This document shows positions 1-7,975 of a stretch of 64,000 nucleotides of DNA, in pieces. A program made the translations under genes and the position numbers. Below the pieces are notes generated by a model, which saw only the letters and a program-made list of their open reading frames with translations, was not told the origin of the DNA and made no database searches. How positions within the stretch are numbered: position 1 is the stretch's first letter; each line of letters begins with the position of its first letter. The stretch covers positions 16,426 to 80,425 of the forward strand of contig JAUNDI010000006.1 of assembly GCA_030526155.1 (NCBI GenBank), read 5' to 3'. This DNA comes from Bacteroidia bacterium (GTDB taxonomy: Bacteria; Bacteroidota; Bacteroidia; Bacteroidales; Marinilabiliaceae).

Positions 1-1
1 A

Positions 2-457
2 GTTCGCTCTTGCCTTAATGGCCTCCTCGTACAGGATCGCGACTTCAAGACTGAGACTCCTGCCGACCTCCAGAATATGGGCGCACGTCCTGCTACTGAC
101 GCAGAAATCGAGGATCTCCTCTTCGCTAATAAGATCGTTAAGCACACTAAGTCTAACGCTATCGTACTCGCAAAGAATAAGCAGCTCCTCGGTAGCGGTA
201 CCGGCCAAACAAGCCGCGTAGACTCGCTTCGTCACGCTATCGCTAAGGCTAAGGCGTTTAATTTCGACCTCAAGGGCGCTGCTCTAGCTTCTGACGCTTT
301 CTTCCCATTCGGCGATTGCGTGGAGATAGCTCACAACGAGGGTATCGACGCCGTTATCGAGCCTGGCGGTTCAGTACGTGATAATGAGACAATAGAATAC
401 TGTACCAAGAATGGTATGGCTCTCGTATTCTCTGGTTCTCGTCACTTCAAGCATTAA
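2..457 (+). CDS. purH: Bifunctional AICAR transformylase/IMP cyclohydrolase PurH, C-terminal fragment (5' end lies outside the window)
   Basis: The frame is open from the window edge. It carries the PurH C-terminal signature KHTKSNAIVLAK..GSGTGQTSRVDS..FFPFGD..EPGGSVRD..RHFKH. Confidence 0.9.
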   Translation, partial: VRSCLNGLLVQDRDFKTETPADLQNMGARPATDAEIEDLLFANKIVKHTKSNAIVLAKNKQLLGSGTGQTSRVDSLRHAIAKAKAFNFDLKGAALASDAFFPFGDCVEIAHNEGIDAVIEPGGSVRDNETIEYCTKNGMALVFSGSRHFKH

Positions 458-464
458 TTGATAT

Positions 465-500
465 GGGAGAGGGCCGCATAAGGCTCTTTCCCTCTCTTTA
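465..500 (+). terminator. Imperfect hairpin plus T-rich tail after purH
   Basis: GAGAGGGCC..GGCTCTTTCCCTCTC is followed by TTTAT. The stem is imperfect. Confidence 0.4.
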
Positions 501-522
501 TAACGATATATATAATTGAGAT

Positions 523-1545
523 ATGGGTCTCTTTTCATTTCTTTCACAGGAATTGGCTATGGACCTCGGTACTGCTAATACCATCATTATCCATAATGAA
601 AAGGTAGCAGTAGATGAGCCTTCTATAGTAGCTCTCGATCAGCATTCGGGCGAGGCTATTGCAATCGGTAAGCGCGCTCGCGAAATGCAGGGTAAGGAGC
701 ATAATAATATTCGTACAGTCCGCCCTCTTAAGGATGGTGTGATTGCCGACTTTAACGCAGCAGAGAAGATGATTCGTGGCATGATAAAGATCCTACCACA
801 ACCTAAGTTCTTTAGCCCTTCTCTGACTATGGTTATCTGCGTCCCTTCTGGTTCTACAGAGGTGGAACTTCGTGCCGTACGCGACTCTGCTGAGCATGCC
901 GGCGGTCGCGAGGTATACATGATTTACGAGCCTATGGCTGCAGCTATCGGTATCGGTATCGATGTCGAGGCTCCTCAAGGTAGCATGATTGTCGATATAG
1001 GTGGCGGTACAACAGAAATCGCTGTCATCTCTCTCGGTGGTATCGTTACTAATAAGAGTATTCGTATCGCTGGCGACGAGCTTACCGAGGATATCGTTGA
1101 GTATATGCGCCGTCAACATAATATCAAAATCGGTGAGCGTACAGCTGAACAGATTAAGATTCGCGTGGGCTCTGCTCTCCCAGAACTTGAGACTCCACCA
1201 GACGACTTCATTGTTCGCGGTCCTAACCAAATGACAGCACTCCCTATCGAGGTGCCTGTTAGCTATCAAGAGATATCTCATGCCCTAGAGAAGTCAGTTA
1301 GCAAAATAGAGGCTGCCGTTCTCGCAGCTCTCGAACAGACCCCTCCAGAGCTATACGCCGATATCGTCGAGAATGGTATCTACCTCACTGGCGGTGGTGC
1401 ACTCCTCCGTGGACTCGATAAGCGTCTTACAGACAAAATCAATATCCCATTCCACGTGGCAGAGAACCCTCTCCTTTCTGTGGCTATAGGTACTGGTATC
1501 GCTCTTAAGAACCGCCATCGCGGTCTCCCTTATTTGCTCCGATAA
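523..1545 (+). CDS. mreB: Rod shape-determining actin homologue MreB
   Basis: 340 aa with typical MreB motifs: DLGTANT, DIGGGTTEIAVISLGG, GIYLTGGGALLRGLDKRL. Confidence 0.95.
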   Translation: MGLFSFLSQELAMDLGTANTIIIHNEKVAVDEPSIVALDQHSGEAIAIGKRAREMQGKEHNNIRTVRPLKDGVIADFNAAEKMIRGMIKILPQPKFFSPSLTMVICVPSGSTEVELRAVRDSAEHAGGREVYMIYEPMAAAIGIGIDVEAPQGSMIVDIGGGTTEIAVISLGGIVTNKSIRIAGDELTEDIVEYMRRQHNIKIGERTAEQIKIRVGSALPELETPPDDFIVRGPNQMTALPIEVPVSYQEISHALEKSVSKIEAAVLAALEQTPPELYADIVENGIYLTGGGALLRGLDKRLTDKINIPFHVAENPLLSVAIGTGIALKNRHRGLPYLLR

Positions 1546-1562
1546 TCAATTCTTTTCAATAC

Positions 1563-1600
1563 GAGGGGACCTCTTCATGGAGCTCCCCTCTATATTTTTA
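1563..1600 (+). terminator. Intrinsic terminator after mreB
   Basis: GAGGGGACCTC ttcatg GAGCTCCCCTC forms an 11-bp stem with 1 mismatch, followed by TATATTTTTA. Confidence 0.6.
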
Positions 1601-1632
1601 TACATGTATTTTACACCAACTGAGAAATTCTT

Positions 1633-2397
1633 ATGAAGTATAAGTCGTTCATCCTATCAGCAGTGGCTTCGTCTGCTGTTCTGCTTACCGCTTGTTCCGA
1701 AATGTCTAGCCTAGTATCTATGGCTGGGGTTAATCAAGTGACTAAAGCTGCCCTCTCGCAGCAAGATATTACAGCCGGACTTAAAGAGGCTCTTAATATA
1801 GGCGTCAACTTAGGCATAAAGCAACTAGCAGCCAAAAATGGTTACTATGACGATCTCGCTGTCAGAATAGGTCTCCCTTCTGAGGCATCGACAATTCTTA
1901 AGAATATCAGCAAAATCCCTGGAGGTGATAAGTTGGTGGAAAATGTTATCCTTAGTATTAACGCCGCTGCTACCGACGCCGTGAAGGATACCGCTCCTAT
2001 ATTCATAAATGCTATCAAGGAGATGACATTCCAAGATGCTACAGCTATCCTAAAGGGCGACCGTACCGCAGCAACTTCCTACTTTAAGGGTAAAACAAAA
2101 ACAGCTCTCAAAAATGTCTTCCGTGGACGTATCGAGTCTTCTATCCAAAAGAAACTAGTTGGCGATGTCTCCGCTCAGTCTTCTTGGAATACTCTGACGT
2201 CTAAATGGAATGCTTTGGCAAAAAATCCTGTTGGTGCAGTGGCGGGTCTTAAGCCTGTTAATACCGACCTTACTGATTATCTTACCGAAAAGGCAGTAGA
2301 TGGCTTGTATGTCAAGGTCGGCGAACAGGAGACTAAAATACGTACCCAGGCTTCTGCTCGTACCACAGAATTACTTAGAAAGGTATTCGGTCGATGA
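1633..2397 (+). CDS. DUF4197-like lipoprotein, function unknown
   Basis: Signal peptide with lipobox LLTAC. The GLKEALNIGV..L motif is typical of DUF4197 as I recall it. It overlaps the next ORF by 4 nt. Confidence 0.6.
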   Translation: MKYKSFILSAVASSAVLLTACSEMSSLVSMAGVNQVTKAALSQQDITAGLKEALNIGVNLGIKQLAAKNGYYDDLAVRIGLPSEASTILKNISKIPGGDKLVENVILSINAAATDAVKDTAPIFINAIKEMTFQDATAILKGDRTAATSYFKGKTKTALKNVFRGRIESSIQKKLVGDVSAQSSWNTLTSKWNALAKNPVGAVAGLKPVNTDLTDYLTEKAVDGLYVKVGEQETKIRTQASARTTELLRKVFGR

Positions 2398-3539
2398 ATA
2401 ATATTTTAAATAAGGTTCTTACGATCTGTATAGGATTACTCGCTATATCCTATACAGACTCTTTTTCTCAAGATGTATATGTCGCAGAGGTTCTGAGGGA
2501 TGCCCCTCTTGATACCACACGTCATGGAGATATCTCTTTGTCTCTCAAAAATATCTCCTATTTCAAAAATAATGAGTTCTTCGGTGAGTTCGCTGATGGG
2601 TATACTCTCCCAGGTTATCGCTTCCGCCCTACTCTCAAATATCAATTCCTCCCTAATGTATTGCTAGAGGTGGGTGCCGAAATGCTACAATATGGTGGCA
2701 CAGATAAATTCGATAAGGTCTACCCATACGTCTCAGCTATATGGCAAGTGAATCCTAATTTCTCCGTTCGTCTTGGTAATATAGATGGCTCTACATGCCA
2801 CCGCCTACATCAGGCTATCCTCGACCCAGAGTCGCTTCTGTCCGCCCGACCAGCTACTGGCGCTCAGGTACTATGGCGTACATCTAAGGTTGATGGCGAA
2901 ATATGGATAGATTGGCAATCGTTTATTAAGCATGGCGATACCATCCCTGAACGTTTTATGGCTGGCATACGTGCCGATTTTACTCCGATAGATAATAATG
3001 GTTATTCTCTCTTCATTCCTCTTAGATTGACGTTTAACCATATCGGTGGACAAATTAGTACCTTCCCTATGCCAGTACAAAGTCTTATGAATCTTCAAGT
3101 GGGACTAAAATCTACTCACAAGGTATCTGGTAGTTTCATCAATGCCATATATTATGGTGTCGATCTCTTATATTTTAATGTCTTCAATGGTGGAGATGTC
3201 CATCGTACCACTAATGGTTATGCTGTAAATCCTGAAGTGGGCATGAAGTCTAAACTGATTTCGGCTTCTGTAGGTTATTTCCATGCAGACGACTATAACT
3301 CTCTCCATGGTATGCCTCTCCTTACTAGTAGCTCTCGTTTTACCGATGCTTATCGTAAGGCCCGAAACATCGCTTTGGCTCACGTCGCTCTCGAAAAACA
3401 AATCCATAAGTGCGTCCGCTTTAGCCTAGATTTTAACGCTTATCACGACATAGATAAATCGCAATTCGATTATAGTTATGGTTTCGCTATAGCTTTATCA
3501 CCAAACATTAAGCTAGCAAATGTGAAAATTGCTGAATAA
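2394..3539 (+). CDS. Hypothetical secreted protein, possibly an outer-membrane beta-barrel
   Basis: 381-aa ORF with an N-terminal signal sequence and alternating hydrophobic, aromatic-rich segments. Its start is ATGA-coupled to the upstream gene. I recognise no family. Confidence 0.55.
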   Translation: MNNILNKVLTICIGLLAISYTDSFSQDVYVAEVLRDAPLDTTRHGDISLSLKNISYFKNNEFFGEFADGYTLPGYRFRPTLKYQFLPNVLLEVGAEMLQYGGTDKFDKVYPYVSAIWQVNPNFSVRLGNIDGSTCHRLHQAILDPESLLSARPATGAQVLWRTSKVDGEIWIDWQSFIKHGDTIPERFMAGIRADFTPIDNNGYSLFIPLRLTFNHIGGQISTFPMPVQSLMNLQVGLKSTHKVSGSFINAIYYGVDLLYFNVFNGGDVHRTTNGYAVNPEVGMKSKLISASVGYFHADDYNSLHGMPLLTSSSRFTDAYRKARNIALAHVALEKQIHKCVRFSLDFNAYHDIDKSQFDYSYGFAIALSPNIKLANVKIAE

Positions 3540-3543
3540 TAAC

Positions 3544-3551
3544 TACCTTTG
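3544..3551 (+). promoter_or_regulatory. Bacteroidota -7 promoter box TACCTTTG upstream of tyrS
   Basis: Exact TAnnTTTG match, ending 32 nt before the tyrS ATG. Confidence 0.6.
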
Positions 3552-3583
3552 CACCCAGATAATGTATAAAGTACAATAATTCG

Positions 3584-4870
3584 ATGAACTTTGTTGAAGA
3601 ATTGAAATGGAGAGGCATGCTCCACAATATCATGCCAGGTACAGAAGAGCAACTCCAAAAGGAGATGACAACTGCTTATCTAGGCATTGACCCTACTGCC
3701 GATTCACTTCATATTGGTCACCTCGTAGGTGTTATGATCCTTAAACACTTCCAAGCTGCTGGTCACAAGCCTATCGCTCTCGTGGGTGGCGCTACAGGTA
3801 TGATTGGAGACCCTTCAATGAAGTCTCAAGAGCGTAACCTCCTCGACGAGGAGACTCTCGCTAAAAACCAACAGGGTATCAAAAAGCAACTCGAGCGTTT
3901 CCTCGATTTCCATAGCGATGCTCCTAACGCCGCCGTAATGGTAAATAACTACGACTGGATGAAGGATTTCTCTTTCCTCGCATTCATTCGCGATATCGGT
4001 AAGCATATCACAGTTAACTATATGATGGCTAAGGATTCAGTTAAAAAGCGCCTCAGCTCCGAGAGCCGCGAGGGTATGTCTTTTACTGAGTTCTCTTACC
4101 AACTTGTTCAAGGTTACGACTTCCTTTACCTAAACGAGCACTATAACTGTAAGCTCCAGCTCGGCGGCTCTGACCAATGGGGTAATATTACTACAGGTAC
4201 TGAACTTATCCGTCGTAAGACTGGTGGCGAGGCGTTCGCTATGACTTGCCCTCTCCTCACTAAGGCTGATGGTACTAAGTTTGGTAAAACAGAGGGTGGC
4301 AACGTATGGCTCGACCCAGAGAAGACTAGCCCATATAAGTTCTATCAGTTCTGGCTAAATACATCCGACGAGGATGCTGCTCGCTACATCAAAATCTTTA
4401 CTCTTCTATCTCAAGAGGAGATTGCTGACCTCGAAAAGCAACAGGCTGAAGACCCAAGTCTCCGCCCTCTCCAAAAGAAGCTCGCAGAGCAAATTACTAT
4501 CATGGTCCATGGCGAGGAGGCTCTCCAAACAGCTATCGCAGCTTCTCAACTCCTCTTCGGTAAGGGTACAACAGAGATGCTCCAGCAGATGGACGAGGCT
4601 ACAATCCTCTCAGTATTCGAGGGAGTAGAGAAGTATGACGTTCCTATGGATTCTCTTAAGGCTGGCGTACAAGTGGCCGACCTTCTCACTAGCGTAGCTC
4701 CTGTATTCCCTTCTAAGGGCGAGCTCAAGAGAAACGTAGCCGGACTCCAAATCAATAAGTCTAAGGTTAACGCTCCTGAGGATGTAATAAACGATTCTTT
4801 CCTTCTTCAAGGAAAATACCTCCTCGTTCAAAAGGGTAAGAAGAATTACTACTTGCTCACAGCAAAATAG
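3584..4870 (+). CDS. tyrS: Tyrosine--tRNA ligase
   Basis: 428 aa with the class I HIGH motif (SLHIGHL), the KFGKT (KMSKS-type) motif and a C-terminal S4-like domain. Confidence 0.95.
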   Translation: MNFVEELKWRGMLHNIMPGTEEQLQKEMTTAYLGIDPTADSLHIGHLVGVMILKHFQAAGHKPIALVGGATGMIGDPSMKSQERNLLDEETLAKNQQGIKKQLERFLDFHSDAPNAAVMVNNYDWMKDFSFLAFIRDIGKHITVNYMMAKDSVKKRLSSESREGMSFTEFSYQLVQGYDFLYLNEHYNCKLQLGGSDQWGNITTGTELIRRKTGGEAFAMTCPLLTKADGTKFGKTEGGNVWLDPEKTSPYKFYQFWLNTSDEDAARYIKIFTLLSQEEIADLEKQQAEDPSLRPLQKKLAEQITIMVHGEEALQTAIAASQLLFGKGTTEMLQQMDEATILSVFEGVEKYDVPMDSLKAGVQVADLLTSVAPVFPSKGELKRNVAGLQINKSKVNAPEDVINDSFLLQGKYLLVQKGKKNYYLLTAK

Positions 4871-4896
4871 TAAATCACATATCTATAACTTACAGC

Positions 4897-4931
4897 CCAC
4901 GCACGGTATATTATCGTGCGTGGCTTTTTTG
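4897..4931 (+). terminator. Intrinsic terminator after tyrS
   Basis: CCACGCACG gtatattat CGTGCGTGG forms a perfect 9-bp stem, followed by CTTTTTTG. Confidence 0.8.
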
Positions 4932-4960
4932 TTGATATAGTCTAATAGCGTAATTACTGC

Positions 4961-5185
4961 GACCAAATAATACAAAAACTGCGAGCAACAAGGCACCATC
5001 CGCACACCAAACAGCCTATCCCCACACTCCCTTCTAGCATTCTCTAGTCCATCTAGAATAACTAGGACAACTAGATCTACTACCAAAATTGCGATGAACA
5101 AGGCACCACAAACTACCCACACTCCCACCTCTCTAGTCTTCTCTAGAACATCTAGCCTCACTAAAAAATCCAGAAAATCCATTAC
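4961..5185 (-). repeat. Two tandem units of the CTAG-array/box-A intergenic repeat family, reverse orientation
   Basis: Box A reverse complements lie at 4974-4997 and 5085-5107. CTAG sites lie at 5034, 5044, 5053, 5062, 5071 and at 5133, 5143, 5152, spaced 9-10 nt apart. Confidence 0.8.
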
Positions 5186-5250
5186 CCCCGAGTGCCAAAT
5201 CTCTCCCCCAAATATTTCCCCAATCTTTTGCCTAGTAACTTTTTCATAAG

Positions 5251-5258
5251 TACCTTTG
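5251..5258 (+). promoter_or_regulatory. -7 promoter box TACCTTTG immediately upstream of the ispG ATG
   Basis: Exact TAnnTTTG match, ending 5 nt before the ATG at 5264. Confidence 0.45.
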
Positions 5259-5263
5259 CTCTT

Positions 5264-7033
5264 ATGAAAGCAACTGAATATTGTGATAATCTATTCGGAT
5301 ACCAACGCGTAAATACTCGCAAGGTACTCGTCGGCAATTTGGCTATGGGTGGTCAAGAGCCTGTTCGCGTACAGTCTATGACTACCACTAATACTAACGA
5401 TACAGAGGCCTCTGTAGAACAGGCTATCCGTATCATAAAGGCGGGCGGACAAGTCGTACGCCTCACTACACAGGGACGACCAGAGGCTCAGAATATGAAA
5501 AATATATCTGAAGCTCTTAAGGCTAAGGGTTATAACACTCCTCTCGTGGCTGATGTCCACTACAATCCTTCCGCTGCCGAAATCGCTGCACAATATTCAG
5601 AAAAGGTCCGTATCAATCCTGGCAACTATACAGGTGGCGCTAAAAGATTCGATGAGTCAGCCGACAATATGTCTCAAGATGATTGGATGGCTCTCATAAA
5701 GGAGAAGCTTACTCCTCTAGTAAAGATATGCAAGGAGAATAACACTACCCTCCGTATCGGCGTCAACCATGGCTCTCTATCTGATCGTATAATGGCAAAG
5801 TATGGCGATACCCCAGAGGGTATGGTTGCCTCTTGTATGGAGTACCTCGAGGCTCTCGAGTCGCTAGATTTCTATAACATCGTCATAAGCATCAAGGCTA
5901 GTAATACCCGAATAATGGTTCACACAGTACGCCAACTATCTGCCGCTATGCGAGCTAAGGGTAATGTCTACCCTCTTCACCTCGGGGTGACTGAGGCGGG
6001 TAGCGATGCCGAAGGTCGTATCAAATCTGCTGCTGGTATTGGCGCTCTTATGATAGATGGCTTGGGCGATACCATTCGCGTCTCTCTTACCGAGGCTCCA
6101 GAGGCTGAGATACCCGTGGCTAAGGCTCTCGTAGATTACATATCTTCTAAGGCCCTAGCTCCTAATGTCAACGCCGTAGATGCATCATCATACTCTCCAT
6201 ACTCTTACGAGAAGCGTACCAGCAACCAAGTACTGAATATCGGTGGCTCTTCTCTACCTGTAGTTATCTCTGCTAATAATGGAGAATCAGATTACTACAT
6301 CGGTAATGGAAATATCTCCTCAAAGAGTGGCGAGTCTTATCCTATAGTATTACCATCTAATCTAAATGCTAATGGTGGTACATCTTTTGTCAAAATCTCC
6401 CTATCCGATCTTTCTGAGTCTCTATTGGCAGATTTGGCTAAAAGAGATAATATCATAATATTGGCTTCTGCCGTAAGCGCAAACCCTACAATAGAGTATC
6501 GTACCATCATCCTCAAACTAAATGAGGCTGGCGTTATGGCTCCTGTCGTAATAAATTACTCTAGCAAGGTATCTTCTTTGGCTGAATTCCAATTGAAGGC
6601 TTCGGCCGACCTAGGTCTACTCTTTATAGATGGCTTGGCCGATGGTATCATGATTACTAATGAGAATATTGCTGCCTCTGATGTCGAGCAAACTGCTTTC
6701 ATGCTCCTTCAAGCTACACAAGCACGTTTCTCTAAGGCCGAATTTATCTCTTGCCCAGGCTGCGGCCGTACTCTATACGACCTCCAAAGTACAGTTCAAC
6801 GTATCAAGGCTCGTATGGGACATCTCAAGGGCCTTAAAATTGGTGTCATGGGTTGTATAGTAAATGGTATCGGAGAAATGGCCGACGCTCATTATGGCTA
6901 CGTGGGGGCAGGATACGACAAGATATCTCTCTACCGCGGAAAACAACTGCTAAAGAAGGAGCTAAACCAAGAGGAGGCTCTCGACCAACTTATAGAAATC
7001 ATCAAGCAAGATGGCCTTTGGACCGAAGCATAA
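5264..7033 (+). CDS. ispG: 4-hydroxy-3-methylbut-2-en-1-yl diphosphate synthase (IspG/GcpE), long form with inserted domain
   Basis: Motifs VRVQSMTTT, RINPGN and VNHGSL are present, with the C-terminal Fe-S cysteines in SCPGCGRT and MGCIVNGIGE. I chose the ATG at 5264 rather than the GTG-extended ORF start at 5192. Confidence 0.93.
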   Translation: MKATEYCDNLFGYQRVNTRKVLVGNLAMGGQEPVRVQSMTTTNTNDTEASVEQAIRIIKAGGQVVRLTTQGRPEAQNMKNISEALKAKGYNTPLVADVHYNPSAAEIAAQYSEKVRINPGNYTGGAKRFDESADNMSQDDWMALIKEKLTPLVKICKENNTTLRIGVNHGSLSDRIMAKYGDTPEGMVASCMEYLEALESLDFYNIVISIKASNTRIMVHTVRQLSAAMRAKGNVYPLHLGVTEAGSDAEGRIKSAAGIGALMIDGLGDTIRVSLTEAPEAEIPVAKALVDYISSKALAPNVNAVDASSYSPYSYEKRTSNQVLNIGGSSLPVVISANNGESDYYIGNGNISSKSGESYPIVLPSNLNANGGTSFVKISLSDLSESLLADLAKRDNIIILASAVSANPTIEYRTIILKLNEAGVMAPVVINYSSKVSSLAEFQLKASADLGLLFIDGLADGIMITNENIAASDVEQTAFMLLQATQARFSKAEFISCPGCGRTLYDLQSTVQRIKARMGHLKGLKIGVMGCIVNGIGEMADAHYGYVGAGYDKISLYRGKQLLKKELNQEEALDQLIEIIKQDGLWTEA

Positions 7034-7126
7034 CACTTCGTTTTATATAGCTTAGTGAAAAAATATAAGAAATCTCTTTGCTAACACGAAAAAAAATGCT
7101 AAACTTGCCTTCAAATTTGAGCTATT

Positions 7127-7915
7127 ATGAAGAAACTTCTGGGACTATTAACTGTAGCAGCACTATCTTTCGCTGCAATAGCACCAGTATCAGCCGAAGA
7201 GTTAGTACTTAAGGGTACATACCAAGGCGAAAACATATACGTGCGTAACCCATTCGCTCCTTCGGGTGTGGGTTTCTGCGCCTACGAGGTTACCGTAAAC
7301 GGTCAAATCACAACTGACGAGATTAACTCAAGCGCGTTCGAAATAGATTTGTCTGTATATGGATTCAACGTGGGCGATGATGTAGTTGTCGCTATCAAAT
7401 ATAAGGACGATTGCGTTCCTATGATTCTCAACAACTACGCCCTTCAGGTTAAGCGCGCAGCCGATTTCGGTCCTGTATCTGTAAAGAATGGTTTGCTAAA
7501 GTTCTCTACCACTGGTGAGACGGGTTCCATTTCGTTCTATATCGAACAGTTCCGCTGGAACAAATGGGTACGCGTAGGCGAGGTTCGTGGTAAGGGTAAA
7601 AACCAACCTAATACATACGAGGTCAAAGTTCGTACACACTGCGGCCCTAACAAGTTCCGCGTCCGCCAAACCGACGGCAAGAAGATTAATAAGTTCTCTA
7701 AGGAGGCTATAGAAATCGTTACAGCTCCAGCCGTAACATTCAAAGCATCTGATTCTCAAATCACATTCTCCGCTGAGACAATGTACGAAATATACGACCA
7801 GTTCGGTGGTATAGTATTCAAGGGCTTCGGCTCTACTATCAATATATCGTCACTTCAAAAGGGTAAGTACTATTTGAACTACGATAACTCTCAGTCCGAG
7901 TTCGTGAAGAAATAA
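7127..7915 (+). CDS. Secreted hypothetical protein with a T9SS C-terminal-domain-like tail
   Basis: Signal peptide ends ..APVSAEE. The last ~55 aa (ITFSAETMYEIYDQFGGIVFKGFGSTINISSLQKGKYYLNYDNSQSEFVKK) fit the Por-secretion CTD pattern. Confidence 0.6.
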   Translation: MKKLLGLLTVAALSFAAIAPVSAEELVLKGTYQGENIYVRNPFAPSGVGFCAYEVTVNGQITTDEINSSAFEIDLSVYGFNVGDDVVVAIKYKDDCVPMILNNYALQVKRAADFGPVSVKNGLLKFSTTGETGSISFYIEQFRWNKWVRVGEVRGKGKNQPNTYEVKVRTHCGPNKFRVRQTDGKKINKFSKEAIEIVTAPAVTFKASDSQITFSAETMYEIYDQFGGIVFKGFGSTINISSLQKGKYYLNYDNSQSEFVKK

Positions 7916-7936
7916 CAATAGAATTACTAATATACT

Positions 7937-7975
7937 AGCATCATCAATTCTTTGCGGATAGATGATGCTTTTTTT
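7937..7975 (+). terminator. Intrinsic terminator after the 7127-7915 gene
   Basis: AGCATCATC (7937-7945) pairs with GATGATGCT (7961-7969) as a perfect 9-bp stem, followed by TTTTTT. Confidence 0.8.

Noticed and set aside
4883-5182. 99-aa ORF (minus strand) lying entirely within the tandem repeat. Similar small ORFs occur at 50851-51063 and 62667-62870, with Leu-every-third-residue peptides (LVVLVGLDILEL..).
   Set aside because: The open frame is a by-product of CTA(G) at a 9-nt period. The 10-nt step shifts the frame, and the equivalent frames in the copies at 50891-50935 and 55906-55945 hit TGA or TAG stops. No start context or conserved peptide is shared between copies.
5192-5263. N-terminal extensions offered by the ORF track for ispG. 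The same applies to trpF (23393), the MFS transporter (33706), metG (36303), DUF177 (50854), the PfkB kinase (55670), the NUDIX gene (56153), the sigma-54 activator (56749) and the Ig-like gene (7952).
   Set aside because: The extensions start at non-ATG codons or run through promoter boxes, terminator hairpins or repeat DNA. Internal ATG codons give N-termini of normal length for each family.
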